A stretch of 64,000 nucleotides of DNA from Eledone cirrhosa (Eukaryota). Below are positions 1 through 14,299 of this stretch, piece after piece; positions within the stretch are counted from its first letter, which is position 1, and each line of letters begins with the position of its first letter. The notes below the pieces were generated by a model that saw nothing but the letters and a program-made list of their open reading frames with translations, did no database searches and was not told the DNA's origin. The stretch spans positions 334,614,001-334,678,000 of the forward strand of contig OZ024740.1 of the NCBI GenBank assembly GCA_964016885.1, read 5' to 3'. The position numbers and the translations under genes were made by a program.

Positions 1-619
1 CTCGCAAAAGACAGGGTAGTTTTAATTTAATTGTTGCTGTTGTTGTTATCGTTATTTTTGTTATTGTTAATTTTAGTTTCAGTTGTGGTGGTGGCGGCGT
101 CAATGGTGTTCGGTGTGGAAGAGTTCATTTTGGTTGAATTCATTTCGATATCACGAGTTAATTTATTTGTTTCTTTTGTTTCTGTTGTCGCTGTGGTGGT
201 GGTGGGGATGGCGGCTTTAACACCTGCAGTCATTGGTAATGGCGGGAAATGAATGTCTCCCTGAGACAAATTTAAAATATTGCTACTGCTTATATTTTTA
301 GTGTTGGCAAACGTAGTAATATTTACAATGGTGGTGTCGGTGTGAGGTGTTAGTTTGTGAGGAGGCCTCTCAGCTACTGGGTTCAGCTGTGAGTCGGCCA
401 TGATTTTTCAAAGAAATTTTTTTTTTTGCTTGATAATTATAAAAGTTTAAATTTTGGGCTCAAGGCCCCAATCTTTTTGAGTGTCCTTTTCAGAATTCAA
501 TGTATGTGCACTTACATACAGTTAACAATAACAATTTTCCATAAATGTCAATTTTAAACAACTGAAAATAACAAACCTTTGCGGAGCTCACGATAATACG
601 ATTTACTACGTAGGTCGCC

Positions 620-620
<1 letters not shown>
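1..620 (-). mobile_element. Probable 5' end (5'UTR plus low-complexity ORF1 start at 401) of a non-LTR retrotransposon running off the window, abutting (AAT)n
   Basis: The minus strand begins TGGCGACCTACG...GAGCTCCG right after the (ATT)n tract and leads to a T/N-rich ORF (MADSQLNP...). No catalytic motif is visible. Confidence 0.35.

Positions 621-677
<57 letters not shown>
620..677. repeat. (AAT)n microsatellite
   Basis: Direct reading. Confidence 0.95.
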
Positions 678-678
<1 letters not shown>

Positions 679-3600
679 TTTCATTGATTAGCCACATGGG
701 CCGACATGTAGAGGACAATACATAGACAGGGACAGTGGGGGTTTACAATAAGGTCGAGTAAAAGTGCACAATGGAAAGACTAATTTAACAATGAAGATAT
801 AAAAATATAAAATAAACTATACATAAATATAACAAAATAAGTTTCCCGATAGGGGGTGGACCACCCTGGGGTGACTCGGGTACCCCAGCAATCCTGAACC
901 ACCCTCCGCTTCTAGGGCACCCAGGAAGAGAACCTTTCTTCTCAAGTTACCTAGCCTATAGGCGCATGGTCAGAGTAGACCCATTCACACGAGCCATTCT
1001 CGCCACATTCATCCACCTTTTAGCAAATGTACTGGGGGGCAGCACTTCCCTTTCACCGTTACATTCCTTTCCAGATGAAACTTGAAGAAGTTGATGAGGG
1101 ATTGGCCGAAGAGAAAGTGTCTGTCTTCAGTCCTTTTAACCTGGTACACCATATAACCTCTTTCGCAACTGCCACCAGACAGAGAAACATTTCCTGCTCT
1201 TCCTGACCTAAGGAAGGCTGCGGGCTGATCTTCACTATGGATTCGGCCGATAGCCGGATTCGGTCCACACGCGACAATAGCTGTTCGACATAACTCCACA
1301 ACTAAGTAATGCACGGACATTGGATAAGTGAGTGCAGAACGGTCCGTCTGACAGCACTTCCATGCCTGTAGAGTTTATCCCGAACCGGCAGTGCTCCCCG
1401 GTAGCACTGCCTAGCGAGGGATTTCTGGAAATTGTCCATCGTCCCCGGCTCGAAAGTCCTCCGGTACAGACTGGTTAGTTCGACTTCTTCGAGGCCCAAA
1501 GTTTCTCAGAGTGCGTCATCGCACTTGCCCATCACTAATCCTCTATAGAACTCGAGAATGGAAGTTCCACTGATCGCATTGCCCGCTTGGTAGAGGGCAG
1601 TCAGTACCTGGCAAAATTCCAGGTGCCAGTCACCCAGGCTCGGTCTCTTCTTGACCCAAGACTGCAGCTCAGTCAAAGAAATGAGCTGCGGAAAAGCCCG
1701 TCTGATAAACGGTGACCACACCAGTTCACCGTTTAGACAGAATATCTGGAGATGTCGCAGCCTCAACGCATGTCTGCGCATCATTAGCTACGGCATTCCC
1801 AGCCCTCCGCGTAGAGGGGGCTGGCAGCAGATGGACCGTCGCACCAACGTAACTTGTCCCCTCCACAAGAATTTGAAGGGGAGCCTTTCAAACTTGACGA
1901 GGCGCGGTCGAGGGCAAGGCACGACGGTCAGGCGGTAGTAGATGACTGACGCGATGTACGCATTCGCCACCTCGCGCGACATTTCAGTGATAGCTTCCTC
2001 CCAGCCCATTTTTGGGTGAGACTGGCTTCTCTGCTCGTTACCTCGTCCCAATGCCTTTCCACCTGGAGGTCTGGTCCGAACCAAACCCCGAGAAACTTTA
2101 CCGGTCCGTCCGTCCAGCGCCGCACGTAGCTGTTGGACGGCAGGGGTTTGCTTCTCCAGGTTCCGAGCTGCAAGCCCACCGACTTTTCCGGGTTAAGTTT
2201 GGCTCCTGTCAACCTTTCATATTCCTTCAATAAGGTGCCGACCACCTCGATTTCTGAGGTGTTCGACACCATCACAGTGATGTCGTCCGCATAAGCCGAC
2301 ACCGCCTTTCCACGTCCCGGTTCGAGCGGGATGCCCTGCAACAGCTCCAGCTTCCGCAGTAAAGGCTCCAGAGTTAATACCTACAGAATGGAAGAGAGAG
2401 GGCACCCTTGAGGGAACGATCAGGAGAGCCGAAATGGTTCCGAGAGGTGGCCATTAACCTTGACCACCGAGCATGTGCCGCTGTGCATTGCAGCGATCCA
2501 GCTTCTGAAGACAGGGCCGAAGCCACTTGTTTTGAGGACAAATTCCAGATACCGATGATCGACCCTATTGAATGCTTTCGATTGATCTAAATTGATCAGT
2601 GCCCCACCGAAGACAGGTTTACACCCTACCCTCTCTATGATGTATCGCATGAGGTGGAGATTGTCGTGTATGGACCTGGCTGGGATTGCGCAAGTTTGTG
2701 CCTCCCCAACCAAATCCTCGACGACAAGCGCCAATCTCTTTGCTAACACTATCGTGAAAATCTTAAACTCTGTGTTGAGCAGAGTTATGGGCCTGAAGTT
2801 GTCTAAGGTATCCCTCTTGTTCTCGTATTTCCTTATCAGCGTCACCACTCCCCTGCTCACAGAACTGGGAATACTCCCATTCTGCTGACAGTTGCATTAG
2901 AGTGTTTCGGGGAGATCGGAGAATAAGTCTGGCATATTTGCGTAAAGCTTACAGGGCAGGCCATCCTAACCGGGTGACTTGCGCCTCATGCAGCTGACAA
3001 GGGTGTCCTGAATTGCGGCTGAAGTAATTGGCCTTTCGCAGGGCTCAGCGTCGACCGTCGAGGTGCGCGGCAAACCATCAAGGTAGGGACTGAAATCCCC
3101 TACTCTCTCTGACTCGCCACTCTCCCCGAACAACCGAGCAAAGTGTTTGCGAAAGGCCTCACACATCCGCTTAGAATCGCTTATCTCGTGTCCGTCTCGG
3201 TTCGCCAAAGACCGAATTGGGGTTTTATTATCACGCTGCGCCTCCGCCACGTGGGCCCATCAAATATCTTTGGTTCCCTCGTTTCTCAGCGCACGCGCCT
3301 TAGCTCTGACAATGCAACCTTCGTGTTTCGCATTGAAGAAATGGTCTAATGCCATTCTCCCCGCTAGCACGTCAGTTGCAATGCCACTACCAATAGCCTC
3401 GTCTAACTTATCTACCAGATCCCCCTCCTTTCTATGTTTCTCTAAAGCTAGTTCTTTGCTGAACTATATCGAAGTTTCTCTAATCTCTCTTTTGAGAGAT
3501 TAGAGTAACTTTTGCTTAACTAAATTGTTGACTCGGTCCCTGTAAGCCTTACGTGCCGGAAATGACATGTTCAGCTTCCAGTAACCCGGTCCTAACCTAC

Positions 3601-4180
3601 GTGTTTTATCTAGGTTGACCATACAGATCACAATTTTTTTCATCTGAATAGGCGACCGTTTTAAAAAGTGGGCAGCCTACACTATTTCTATCTATTTTCC
3701 TAATGAAGGTCCTGTCTATATACGATCTAGATGACGCCATGCCGTTGGTCCATGTCCATAATGGCGCATTGGGGAAATCTAGTCGATACCTGTCAGACAG
3801 TTGGAAATGGCTGATTAGGTGCTTGAGGCTTTTACACCGACGCTCCCATCAGCTACTCCCACACAATCCCAGCGTGCGTCTAAGATGCCGTTCTAGTCCT
3901 CCGCTAACATTAAAGGGTGAGACGTACCCAGAAAGGTCTCCAGGCGCCTAAAGAAGTCTGGTCATCTGGCTCCAGCAGTCGAAAGGCACCCCTTCGCTAC
4001 TGCTCACATCTAAGACCACCAACTTACCGTCCGGGTCTCGGAAGATCGACCTTACCTCGAGATCCAGTCCTTTCCTACACAGCACTGCCACCCCACCTCC
4101 CATTCCCGGACTGCTAACATATGCGAAGATCTTATAGTCATCGAAAATGGGGGCTAGTGCGCGCGTGTCGGAAATTCTGG
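678..4180 (-). mobile_element. 5'-truncated Tx1/L1-clade LINE; ORF2 (APE endonuclease + RT) pseudogene
   Basis: Minus-strand fragments GGGVAVL, PGYWKLN, KSPG, NFRPITLLNTEFKI, DQSKAFNRVDH, AYADD, GGLGMP with stops and frameshifts. (AAT)n lies on both sides. Confidence 0.92.
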
Positions 4181-4509
4181 AAATAATAATAATAATAATC
4201 ATGATGATGATAAAAATAATAAACAAGAAAGAAAGTTTCATTTGTACATCCCTATTTATTTTGTTATACGTATTTCTAAAACATATTCCAGTTGTATAAC
4301 AATTGCCCTGCGTGTTCTCTTCAGGCAAGAGTCAAAATGTAAATATTCATTGTTATGTTACCGGTCATACGTGTTATTTACTTCGCCGAACAGTAAGCAC
4401 ATGGCCGAAATTCTCAAGTAGCAGTTCTTATAACCGTGGGAAATAGGTGTTCCATCTGCGTTGCTGCTTGTGAACTGGCTAGGGTGTAAAGTTACCAGAT
4501 TAGTCACTT

Positions 4510-5803
<1,294 letters not shown>

Positions 5804-5896
5804 GTAGAACACTGGAAGGTAATATCCGTAGTGGTAGAGCACTCAGTCCATGGGACGAGTTAGGTAGAAGTGGTTACACAACAGATAGTTCGCCAT

Positions 5897-5937
5897 ACCG
5901 AGAACAATTGTTTCACCTTAGCGAATCCTCAGTTCGT
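5897..5937 (-). ncRNA. Type I hammerhead ribozyme motif (second copy of this family at 50600-50642)
   Basis: Minus strand: ACGAA CUGAGGA UUCGCUAAGGU GAAA CAAUUG UU CUCGGU, with palindromic stem III ACAAUUGU. Stem I is partly decayed. Confidence 0.6.
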
Positions 5938-6227
5938 AATGGACATGGTTATAGGAACAGGAAAGACAAGCGTACGAACGCGCATGCGCAGAAACCGGTC
6001 GCTTCACACAGGCAATACTAGAATGCGTGCGAGAGGTGTAAGGGAGATAACTGCGAAAGTTCGAAAAGTTTTTAGCTGATAAGAAAATTACAATGATTCA
6101 ATCCAGAGCTTTGTAGTTATGCAATATGTATTTGGTGACGTGTGGACACCGTGTGAAAAATTCATTTCTCGTGTTTAGGCAATCACTATTGCATAATCTC
6201 TTTAGAATAGTTATTCATAAGCCACAC

Positions 6228-6284
<57 letters not shown>

Positions 6285-6287
<3 letters not shown>

Positions 6288-7354
6288 GTATAGGATTATC
6301 CTGGATGCAGTTATGGTTAATTACTACACTGGTTAGCGTTGACGTACGGTGAGGGGTTACTCGACGAGTTATGGAAGAATAGTTGAAGAAACTCAGTTCC
6401 TGATCCATCTGTATTCCGGAGTGTAGATAAAGAATGAATAATAACAGGTAGATATCATAAAAAGGTAATTTATTCTGTGTGCTTACAAATGTTTCCACGG
6501 TCGTTGCACAGCCTCGTTATGCTATGTGCAAATTTATAACTATTTGCAAAACTCAATTATCAAATACTGTGACCACTGTATCATCAGTGCAGAATGGTTA
6601 AAATGTAAAATGTAAATACCCTTAAGTGAGGTTATTGGGGAAGATAGAGTAGAAAAGGAAGAAGAGAGAAAGAAGGGGAGAGGGAGCGAGAGAGAGAGAG
6701 ATGCAGGGGTTGGAGAAATGGGAGAGAGTGGTTTGTAGAATACAGATATCTTAATCAAAATGTTGTGGTAGGGGTTTTATTATACTGGTTACTCTTAAAG
6801 CGACAACTTTAAGCGATGCGTTGATAGTTAAGGTTGGAATTATTTATTGCCAGAGAGGGCAGGTTCATAGATGTGGAGAGGGAGAGAGGTGGACCGAGGA
6901 CGAGAGAGAGAGAGTGAGAGAGAGGGGAATGGAGAGAGAGGGAGGGATAGAGAGGGGGCAGACGAAAGCTATGGATGGGTGTACATTGAGTTCGTAGTTG
7001 TAGGCTACAGATTGCACTAAGTATCCATTTATAGTGATAAGCAGGGTATTGTCTTGTAGTGTGGCGGATATAGTTAAGAAGGTGTTATAGAGAGAAAGTA
7101 GTTAGCTAGAAAGCAATGTTATAGTTACGGGTTCGAATGTTAAGTTATTTTATAGTGAGAGAATTTACCCTTCAGTTTGTGGTTGCAGTATATTCTGCTC
7201 TGATGAATCAATGGTCACAGCATTTGATAATTGAGTTTTGCAAATAGTTATAAATTCGCACATAGCATAACTAGGCTGTATAACAACCGTGGAAACATCT
7301 GTAAGCACTCAGAATAAATTACCTTTATATGATGTCTACCTGTTATTATTCATT

Positions 7355-7357
<3 letters not shown>
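6285..7357 (-). mobile_element. Non-coding PLE-type cassette with inverted terminal repeat (6428-6595 vs 7192-7357), bounded by (TA)n
   Basis: About 165-bp inverted arms, each carrying a hammerhead motif, around a 600-bp asymmetric spacer. Confidence 0.7.
7196..7307 (+). ncRNA. Type I hammerhead with very long (~85 nt) stem II region
   Basis: UGCU CUGAUGA ...long insert... GAAA CAUCUG UA AGCA. Stem I is UGCU/AGCA and the cleavage triplet is GUA. Mirror copy on the minus strand at about 6480-6590. Confidence 0.65.
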
Positions 7358-7451
<94 letters not shown>

Positions 7452-7589
7452 CTATATATATCGCAAATTTGATCGCTCTTCCAATCTGTACGACCGTCCC
7501 AAGCGTGCACAGTCTGAGGAGATGATCATTATTGTAACTTGGAACATTTGGTGGCACGTGCACTAATATAGATTAGTAATATTATATAT

Positions 7590-8790
7590 GTACGATGAGC
7601 GACTCAAACAATTTAAACCTCCACAAACAGTAACGTATATGAATACTTTCTTGTTTAATTGTTCAGTATAGTCTCCCTTTGAGTTCATATACTGCTTTCA
7701 CCGGTACATAAATACCTGGATCTCACTGAAGTAGTAATTCTTCGTTTGGTACTTCAGGTAAGTTTCCACAGCATATAGGACGTCACCATCTGTGACATAG
7801 TGTTCTCTAACCATATCCTTTTTGATGTTTGGGAATTAGTGGACATCGGAGGTTACGAAGTATGGCATGTATGGTGGATGATGGACGAGTTGGAACCAGC
7901 AGTAACTGATTGATGCCATTGTCACAACCAAGGTGGGGGAAAGAGTATTGTCATGATGGAACAAGACCACTTTTATGAGTAATCCTAACTTCTTCTTCAT
8001 GATGTTTACACGCAGATTTTGGAGTAGGTTGCCGTAGTATATTATCCAGTGATGATCTGGCCTTTTGGAGATAATCCACCAAAAACATTCCTTGTGCATC
8101 CGAAAAATTGATAGCCATGAACTTTCCCCTCTGATGGTGATGAACCCATGTCAAATGTCTGGTTACAAATCGTGCCAGGAAATCTCCTGGATCAGCTTCA
8201 AAATGTTCCCAATTGTTGACGGACATGGTGCGGTGAGTGTGCTTTTGTAGCCCACTCAAAAGACGTGGAACCCAGCATGTAGACAGTTTTCTCAAACCAG
8301 GCTTGTTCACCCGAATAATGTTGGCTCGCTCCTGGAACATGTCTATCATGTTTGCGATCTGACGAGGTGGCAGTCGTCGATCTTACATCACGAACCCAAG
8401 GACAAGTTCCTCTGGTGTGGTGACTGCTTATGGCCCTCCAGACCTTATCTACCATATCTTACTTGCGACGCTTGAATTCATTGACCTAGCGTTTGACAGT
8501 GTCATCTGACGAGGCATTCTCTATTAATGTGTTTTGCATGTTCTTATGGATTTCATGAGGTGCCTTACAACTGAGGATAATGGAACACTGCTAGATATTC
8601 AAAGATATCCCTTTTTACGTACAACGCCTTAGTACATCAAAATTAAAAATCTGCGAAAAGAAAGGAAAAAGTAGTTATAACATGAAACTTTTGTAATGCT
8701 GCAAGAATACGTTGTAAATTTCAGAGAAAAAAATTCGTTTATGCGTGTATTTGTTTTATGTGAGGCTCAAATCTGTTCATATATACCGTT
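7590..8790 (-). mobile_element. Decayed mariner transposon
   Basis: WVPRLL, HHDNT and HPPYMPYFVTSD (HPPYSPDLAPSD-like) in broken frames, with degenerate TIR-like ends. Confidence 0.85.
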
Positions 8791-9060
8791 CTGGGTGACG
8801 AAAAATGCCCGTGATAATTATCCCTTTCGAAAATATCACTGGGAATGATCAGTTCGAAGAAATGTTTCTTGGTCTACGGTATCTCTCGATGGTCTAAGGG
8901 ATCTCACAGCTTCAGTGAAATTTAATTACATTTAAGTTGCATACCAATCGGCGAAACTGCAGTCGGGACATTGAAATAAAAGTAGGTAAATTTTCATCGA
9001 AATGCTCCTCACCCTTTCAACAATTATATATCTATATACATATATATATATATATATATA

Positions 9061-9130
<70 letters not shown>

Positions 9131-9285
9131 TGTGTGTTGTGTGTACATATATATATGTACACACACACACACATAATAATAAATAATAATAATAAATGTG
9201 AACACTAAAATTCGAAGATACCGTTAAGGGTGAAAGCAGCGATTATTTGCGTAAACTTTAATCTGTTATTTTAATAAATAAATAA

Positions 9286-9349
<64 letters not shown>

Positions 9350-9538
9350 AAAGAGAGATATATTTTAACTTTAATTATATCTCATAAAATAATACAACTG
9401 GCTTTTCCACATAATACACATTGTTAGCACCCCAAACACTTAAATTGGGTTTATATTAAAATATAACCTAATGTTTGTTGAGTGAGATGGTTACCAGTCA
9501 GAGATTAGCTTTAAACTATCTCTGTTATTGTATTAATA

Positions 9539-9620
<82 letters not shown>

Positions 9621-10494
9621 ATATATATACAATCATATTAATCATGTATCTCCTATCTCATTTTGCATATATATACTGTATGTATATTTTGTATTTATTG
9701 GATATTGTTTATGTGTTTTTTTGTGTATTTTATATCTGTGTTTTGGGGGGGTTTTGTTCAGTGTGATGGAAATTCTAACTATTTACCCGCCTAACTATTA
9801 CCTTTCATACTGTAATTTACCCTCCGTTCTACTGTACGGTACTATCGTCCAGTATGTAGATAATATAACTGTAACATTAATACCCCTTTCAAAACTTCTT
9901 ACTAAAACATCTCCCTACGTAGTAGATAGTATAGGTGCATATATTTTTTTACTCACTTCAATCTAGATTTTTTTACTCACTTTAATCTAGATTCTTGTAA
10001 TTTTTTTTAATTTTAAATTTTAATTTTTGATTTCTGATTTTAATTTTTAGTTTTATTTTCCAACTCTCATTCATAATTTCCACTGTGAAACCATAATTCT
10101 TAGAATTAAGTATATTTTCTCTTAGAGCTTGATGGTCAATTATACTGTCCATACTTAATCTGGGGTAGTATTGAGACCTATTGATACTCACACTCTCCCA
10201 ACCCCACTGGCTTTCGGCTGACTGCCACTGACAGGGTAGCTAGCAGTAAGCTATATATTACAGGCCTGAATAGGTCATTGTTTGGTTGAGAGGGGGAACT
10301 GCCTAGGCGAATTTCGTTGAACTCTGCGGTATCTAATGGTCAATTTCCATCGGACCTGCGCCTGCACAGACCGGTGGGGGTGAATTGGTACTCACAAGGG
10401 AACGGATGAAGAACACAAGAGCACACACTTCTTCCGTTCCCATGTCGATTCAATTTGGATTGCCTCGGAAACATGACCTTATTATGTAACAAGC

Positions 10495-10562
10495 TGTCTG
10501 ACGATGTCGCGGCACTGGCGCACGGAACAGTGTGGCCACTGTCGCCATTGAAATATATAATA
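10495..10562 (+). ncRNA. Type I hammerhead with extended GC-rich stem II
   Basis: UGU CUGACGA ..GCGGCA.UGGC GCAC GGAACA GUGU.GCCA.UGUCGC.. GAAA UAUA UA AUA. Stem III is the palindrome AUAUAU. Stem I is weak. Confidence 0.6.
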
Positions 10563-10693
10563 CACCATTATTATTAAAGGACTTGAACATCTGAAACGAC
10601 TTCGCTTTTCCTTATTCGATATTTACTCCGTCACTCCTATGTGGAATAAGTATGTGGAGTGTTTGAATTGAATTGCATCAATGTTTTCCTTAA

Positions 10694-10740
<47 letters not shown>

Positions 10741-10743
<3 letters not shown>

Positions 10744-10958
10744 AGGGAGTGTAACTTGGAGTTACTGTAGGTTCACCCGGGTGAGCCCTCGATGTTTAGT
10801 TTCACTTCAGTGTCGAGGTGTTAAGCTATACAGAGTGTATTATAGTTAAATAAGATAACAAGGACGATTGGTTACTCCTTCGTTACGTTTATTGGTTGGT
10901 GACGAAACGCAACCAATTAACGTAATGAAGGAGTAACCAATCGTCCTGTTATCTTATT

Positions 10959-10966
<8 letters not shown>
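10741..10966. repeat. Fold-back cassette (arms 10841-10898 / 10910-10966) with a one-sided extension, between (TA)n tracts
   Basis: TATAGTTAAATAAGATAAC...ATTGGTTG vs CAACCAAT...GTTATCTTATTTAACTATA. The loop contains GACGAAACG. Confidence 0.85.
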
Positions 10967-11036
<70 letters not shown>

Positions 11037-11111
11037 TATGTATGTGTGTGTGTATGTGCGTATGTATATATATGTGTATGTATGTATGTGTGTGTCTATT
11101 ATACGGCATTG

Positions 11112-11228
11112 TATGAGTTCAAATCAAGCGAAGGTTAATTTTGCCTTTCATACTTATGGGGTCGTAAAATAAATTACGAGTAACGCACTGGGTAATTGCT
11201 GGCTTTGTGCCAAAAGTAGAAACAATTA
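11112..11228 (+). mobile_element. SINE family 1, 5'-truncated
   Basis: Matches the other copies (TTTGCCTTTCAT...GTGCCAAAAGTAGAAACAATTA). Confidence 0.8.
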
Positions 11229-12009
11229 TATATGTAGAGCTTCGTTTGTTGCATCACCACGTGTGAATGTTTAGGTATATATACAGAAATATTGTGTAAG
11301 TTTATTTGAATTCAAATTTGCGTGATTGGCAAATAATACACGCGAATTTCCATACATCCACGCTCGTATCTACTATAAACGCATTTTACTAACATTAAAA
11401 AATTGTTAATCTTTTAATTTTGATTAATGTCATTTCCACTCTTTGGCTATTGAAATTCTTTTGAATAGTTGGTATCTCTTGTTTGGACTGTATCAATATC
11501 GGCGGCTTAACGATTTTTAATAAATACACTCCTTGTAGAGGTGTAAGATCAAATATAATAAAGATTTGGGTGGAATCAGTTATGGCTTAATTATATGTTT
11601 TGGTATGAAGTAAGAACAAGATATATTAGATATAGTTTATGAAGTTTTCTGTTCTTCGCTCTATGATTATGACTTTCCTCTTAAAAAGTTTTTTCTGAAA
11701 GAGAAGTTCATCATTTGATGTTGCTTAATCCCGTTTTATCATATAAGCGCCGAATTATGAACAGCATTGTTATAGCTCGCAGTATGTTTTCGTGTTTTGG
11801 AACATCGCTATTCAATGTTGATGTCAAGACATCCGCATTTGTCAAATTATTCTCATAACATAATACGTCATTATGCAATTAAAGTAGAATAATTTTAATA
11901 TTTTCTATTTATGAAACAAATTCACACTAAAATAACCGAATTCGAATGATAAGTAGGGGTTAATATTTAAAAGATTAACACAATGCACAGTACCCTAGTG
12001 ATACAAATA

Positions 12010-12250
12010 TATGTGCGTATCTTAAGGCACGTAATTAGTGGTTAGTCAGTTAGGATCTTGATAGTGATTTCGATAACAGAGAGCGCGTCGTGTCCTTGAA
12101 TAATAAACATTATTTCACGTTGCTTCAGTTCACTCAGCTGGAAAAAAAAATGTTGCCGTTATGTTTCAAAGGGCCAACCTTGTTGCTAACTATGTCATGC
12201 AGAATATCTAAGAGAATTACGTAACCGGTACGCGTGTCTGTGAAAATCTC
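12010..12250 (+). mobile_element. SINE family 2 (old tRNA-derived SINE)
   Basis: GTGTCCTTGA...ATTTCACGTTGCTTCAGTTCACTCAGCTG core shared with copies near 14100, 25160 and 56520. Confidence 0.55.
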
Positions 12251-12666
12251 ATGTTCTATACACACACACACACTTACATCCACACAGACTTACACACACA
12301 TACACACACTGACTTACACACACATACACACACACACACACACTCTAACACACTCACACATAAACACACACACACACAACTGCATATATATCTCAATCTA
12401 TTTCAAGTAATTATTAAAGAATAGTGTAAGATTTATAAACATTATTTATTGCTTCATTACTATGAAATTAACACAACATATGATTATTTCGATTATTCCA
12501 ATTTGAATAGGCTATTTTTAAAATGTTTCGTGGGATTAGTTTCTCCTATGGTCAGGTGTGTATTGATAGGACGGCATTCATTGTTACAACTAAACTCCAA
12601 TACTGAATTTGCTTGATAGCTATCTGTATCATAGTCAATGTAACATATCTTAAAATCAATTTGTAT

Positions 12667-13905
12667 TATATTACGTTGGCAAGAAAGTAATTTCGTTTTT
12701 TTCCAAATAGTAGATAGAGTTACGATTTTTTAAATGATGTTTTTCAATATTATGATTTTATTTATTTTTACATTTGATAGCCATCACCTTTAGCTTACCT
12801 TCGAAGCAAATTGTGTGTAATTTTGTTTACAGCTGTTAGTTCAGAGTCAATTTTAACATGGAGAGGGTAAACGAATATTTTCGCCATACTTTGCTTTTTT
12901 TATTTCCGTAAAGGCAAGAAAGCTGCCGAGGCTCACAAAGAGATATGTGAAGTTTATTGTGTTGATTGTTTAACAGAACGCACATGTCAGAAATGGTTTT
13001 TAAAATTCCGTTCTGAAGATTTTTCATTCAAAGATGACCTGCGTTCTGGTAGACTTACCGAAGTTGATGATGACCGAATCAAAGCTGTAATTGAATCTGA
13101 TCGTCATATAACTGTGCGAGAGATTACAGAGAAGTTAAATGTATCACACACAACAATTAAAAATCCCTTAAAATGTCTTGTACTCGTTAAAAAGCTCGAT
13201 ATTTGGGTTCCACATAAATTGAAATAGATTCACTTAACACAACGAATCAATATTTGCAATATGCATCTCAAACGCAATGACATCGATCTTTTTTTGAGAT
13301 GAATCATCACATGTGATGGAAAATGGATTGTCTACAATAGCATCAATCGAAAACGATCTTAGTCCAAGCGTAATGAACAAGTACAAACCACATCGAAAGC
13401 TGAATTGCCTCAAAAAAGTACATGCTGTCAATTTGGTGGGATTACAAAGGTGTTGTGTATTATTAGCTGCTTCCAAAGAACCAAACGATCAATTCAGATG
13501 TTTACTCTCAACAACTAAGGAAACTGGAGGAACCAATCAAAGAAAAACGGTCAGAATTGGCAAATCGTAAACACGTCTTTGTGTGGTCTAGCGTTGTCAG
13601 GCATATATGGTGGAAGTGATGTCACATCCACCATATAGGTCTGATCTTGTACCATCAGATTACCATTTATTTAGAAGTTTGCTAAATTCTTTGAATGGTA
13701 AAACTTTCAATAATGATGATGACATGAAATCGAAGTTGCTTCAATTGTTGGCTGTTAAAAACCAGAAGTTCTATGAGCGTTGAATCATGAAGTTGCCGCG
13801 AAGGTCGCAAAAGCTCATCGAACGAAATAGAAAATATATAATTGATTAAATTTCATTCCTTGAATGACTTATTTCACACTAAAAAACCGAAATTAGTTGT
13901 TATAT
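12667..13905 (+). mobile_element. Decayed mariner transposon with an internal deletion
   Basis: WVPHKL (13204), ITCDGKW and HPPYRSDLVPSDYHLF (about 13624). TIR-like AAGTAATTTCGTTTTTT / AAAAAACCGAAATTAGTT. The HDNA region is missing. Confidence 0.9.
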
Positions 13906-14299
13906 GCTAAACACTCACTTGTTGTTGAACCATCGTCGTTTCCAACGAAGAGTGCTCCACTTCTTTCAATCGAAGGAGCTGCTTGCTCCTGAAATTAATA
14001 TAAAAGTGGCTCAGATGTGTGCACAATTAATGAAGTTTTTTGTGAAATTCAGCATGAAACAATATGTGTTAGGCCATTCAATTAAATTACGTAATAATTT
14101 TTTCCACCTGAGTGGACTGAAGCAACGTGTGGTAATGTCTCTTACTTAAAGGCTCAACGGTGTGGAAATCAAACTTAAGACCTTACGATCGTGCGCCCGG
14201 AACACTTTCTACGGACTGTATGTAACATGTGAAATTACAATTTAATATCTTAACAGTATTCTCACAAACCTGCTAAATTTGAATTCATGACATAATGTA

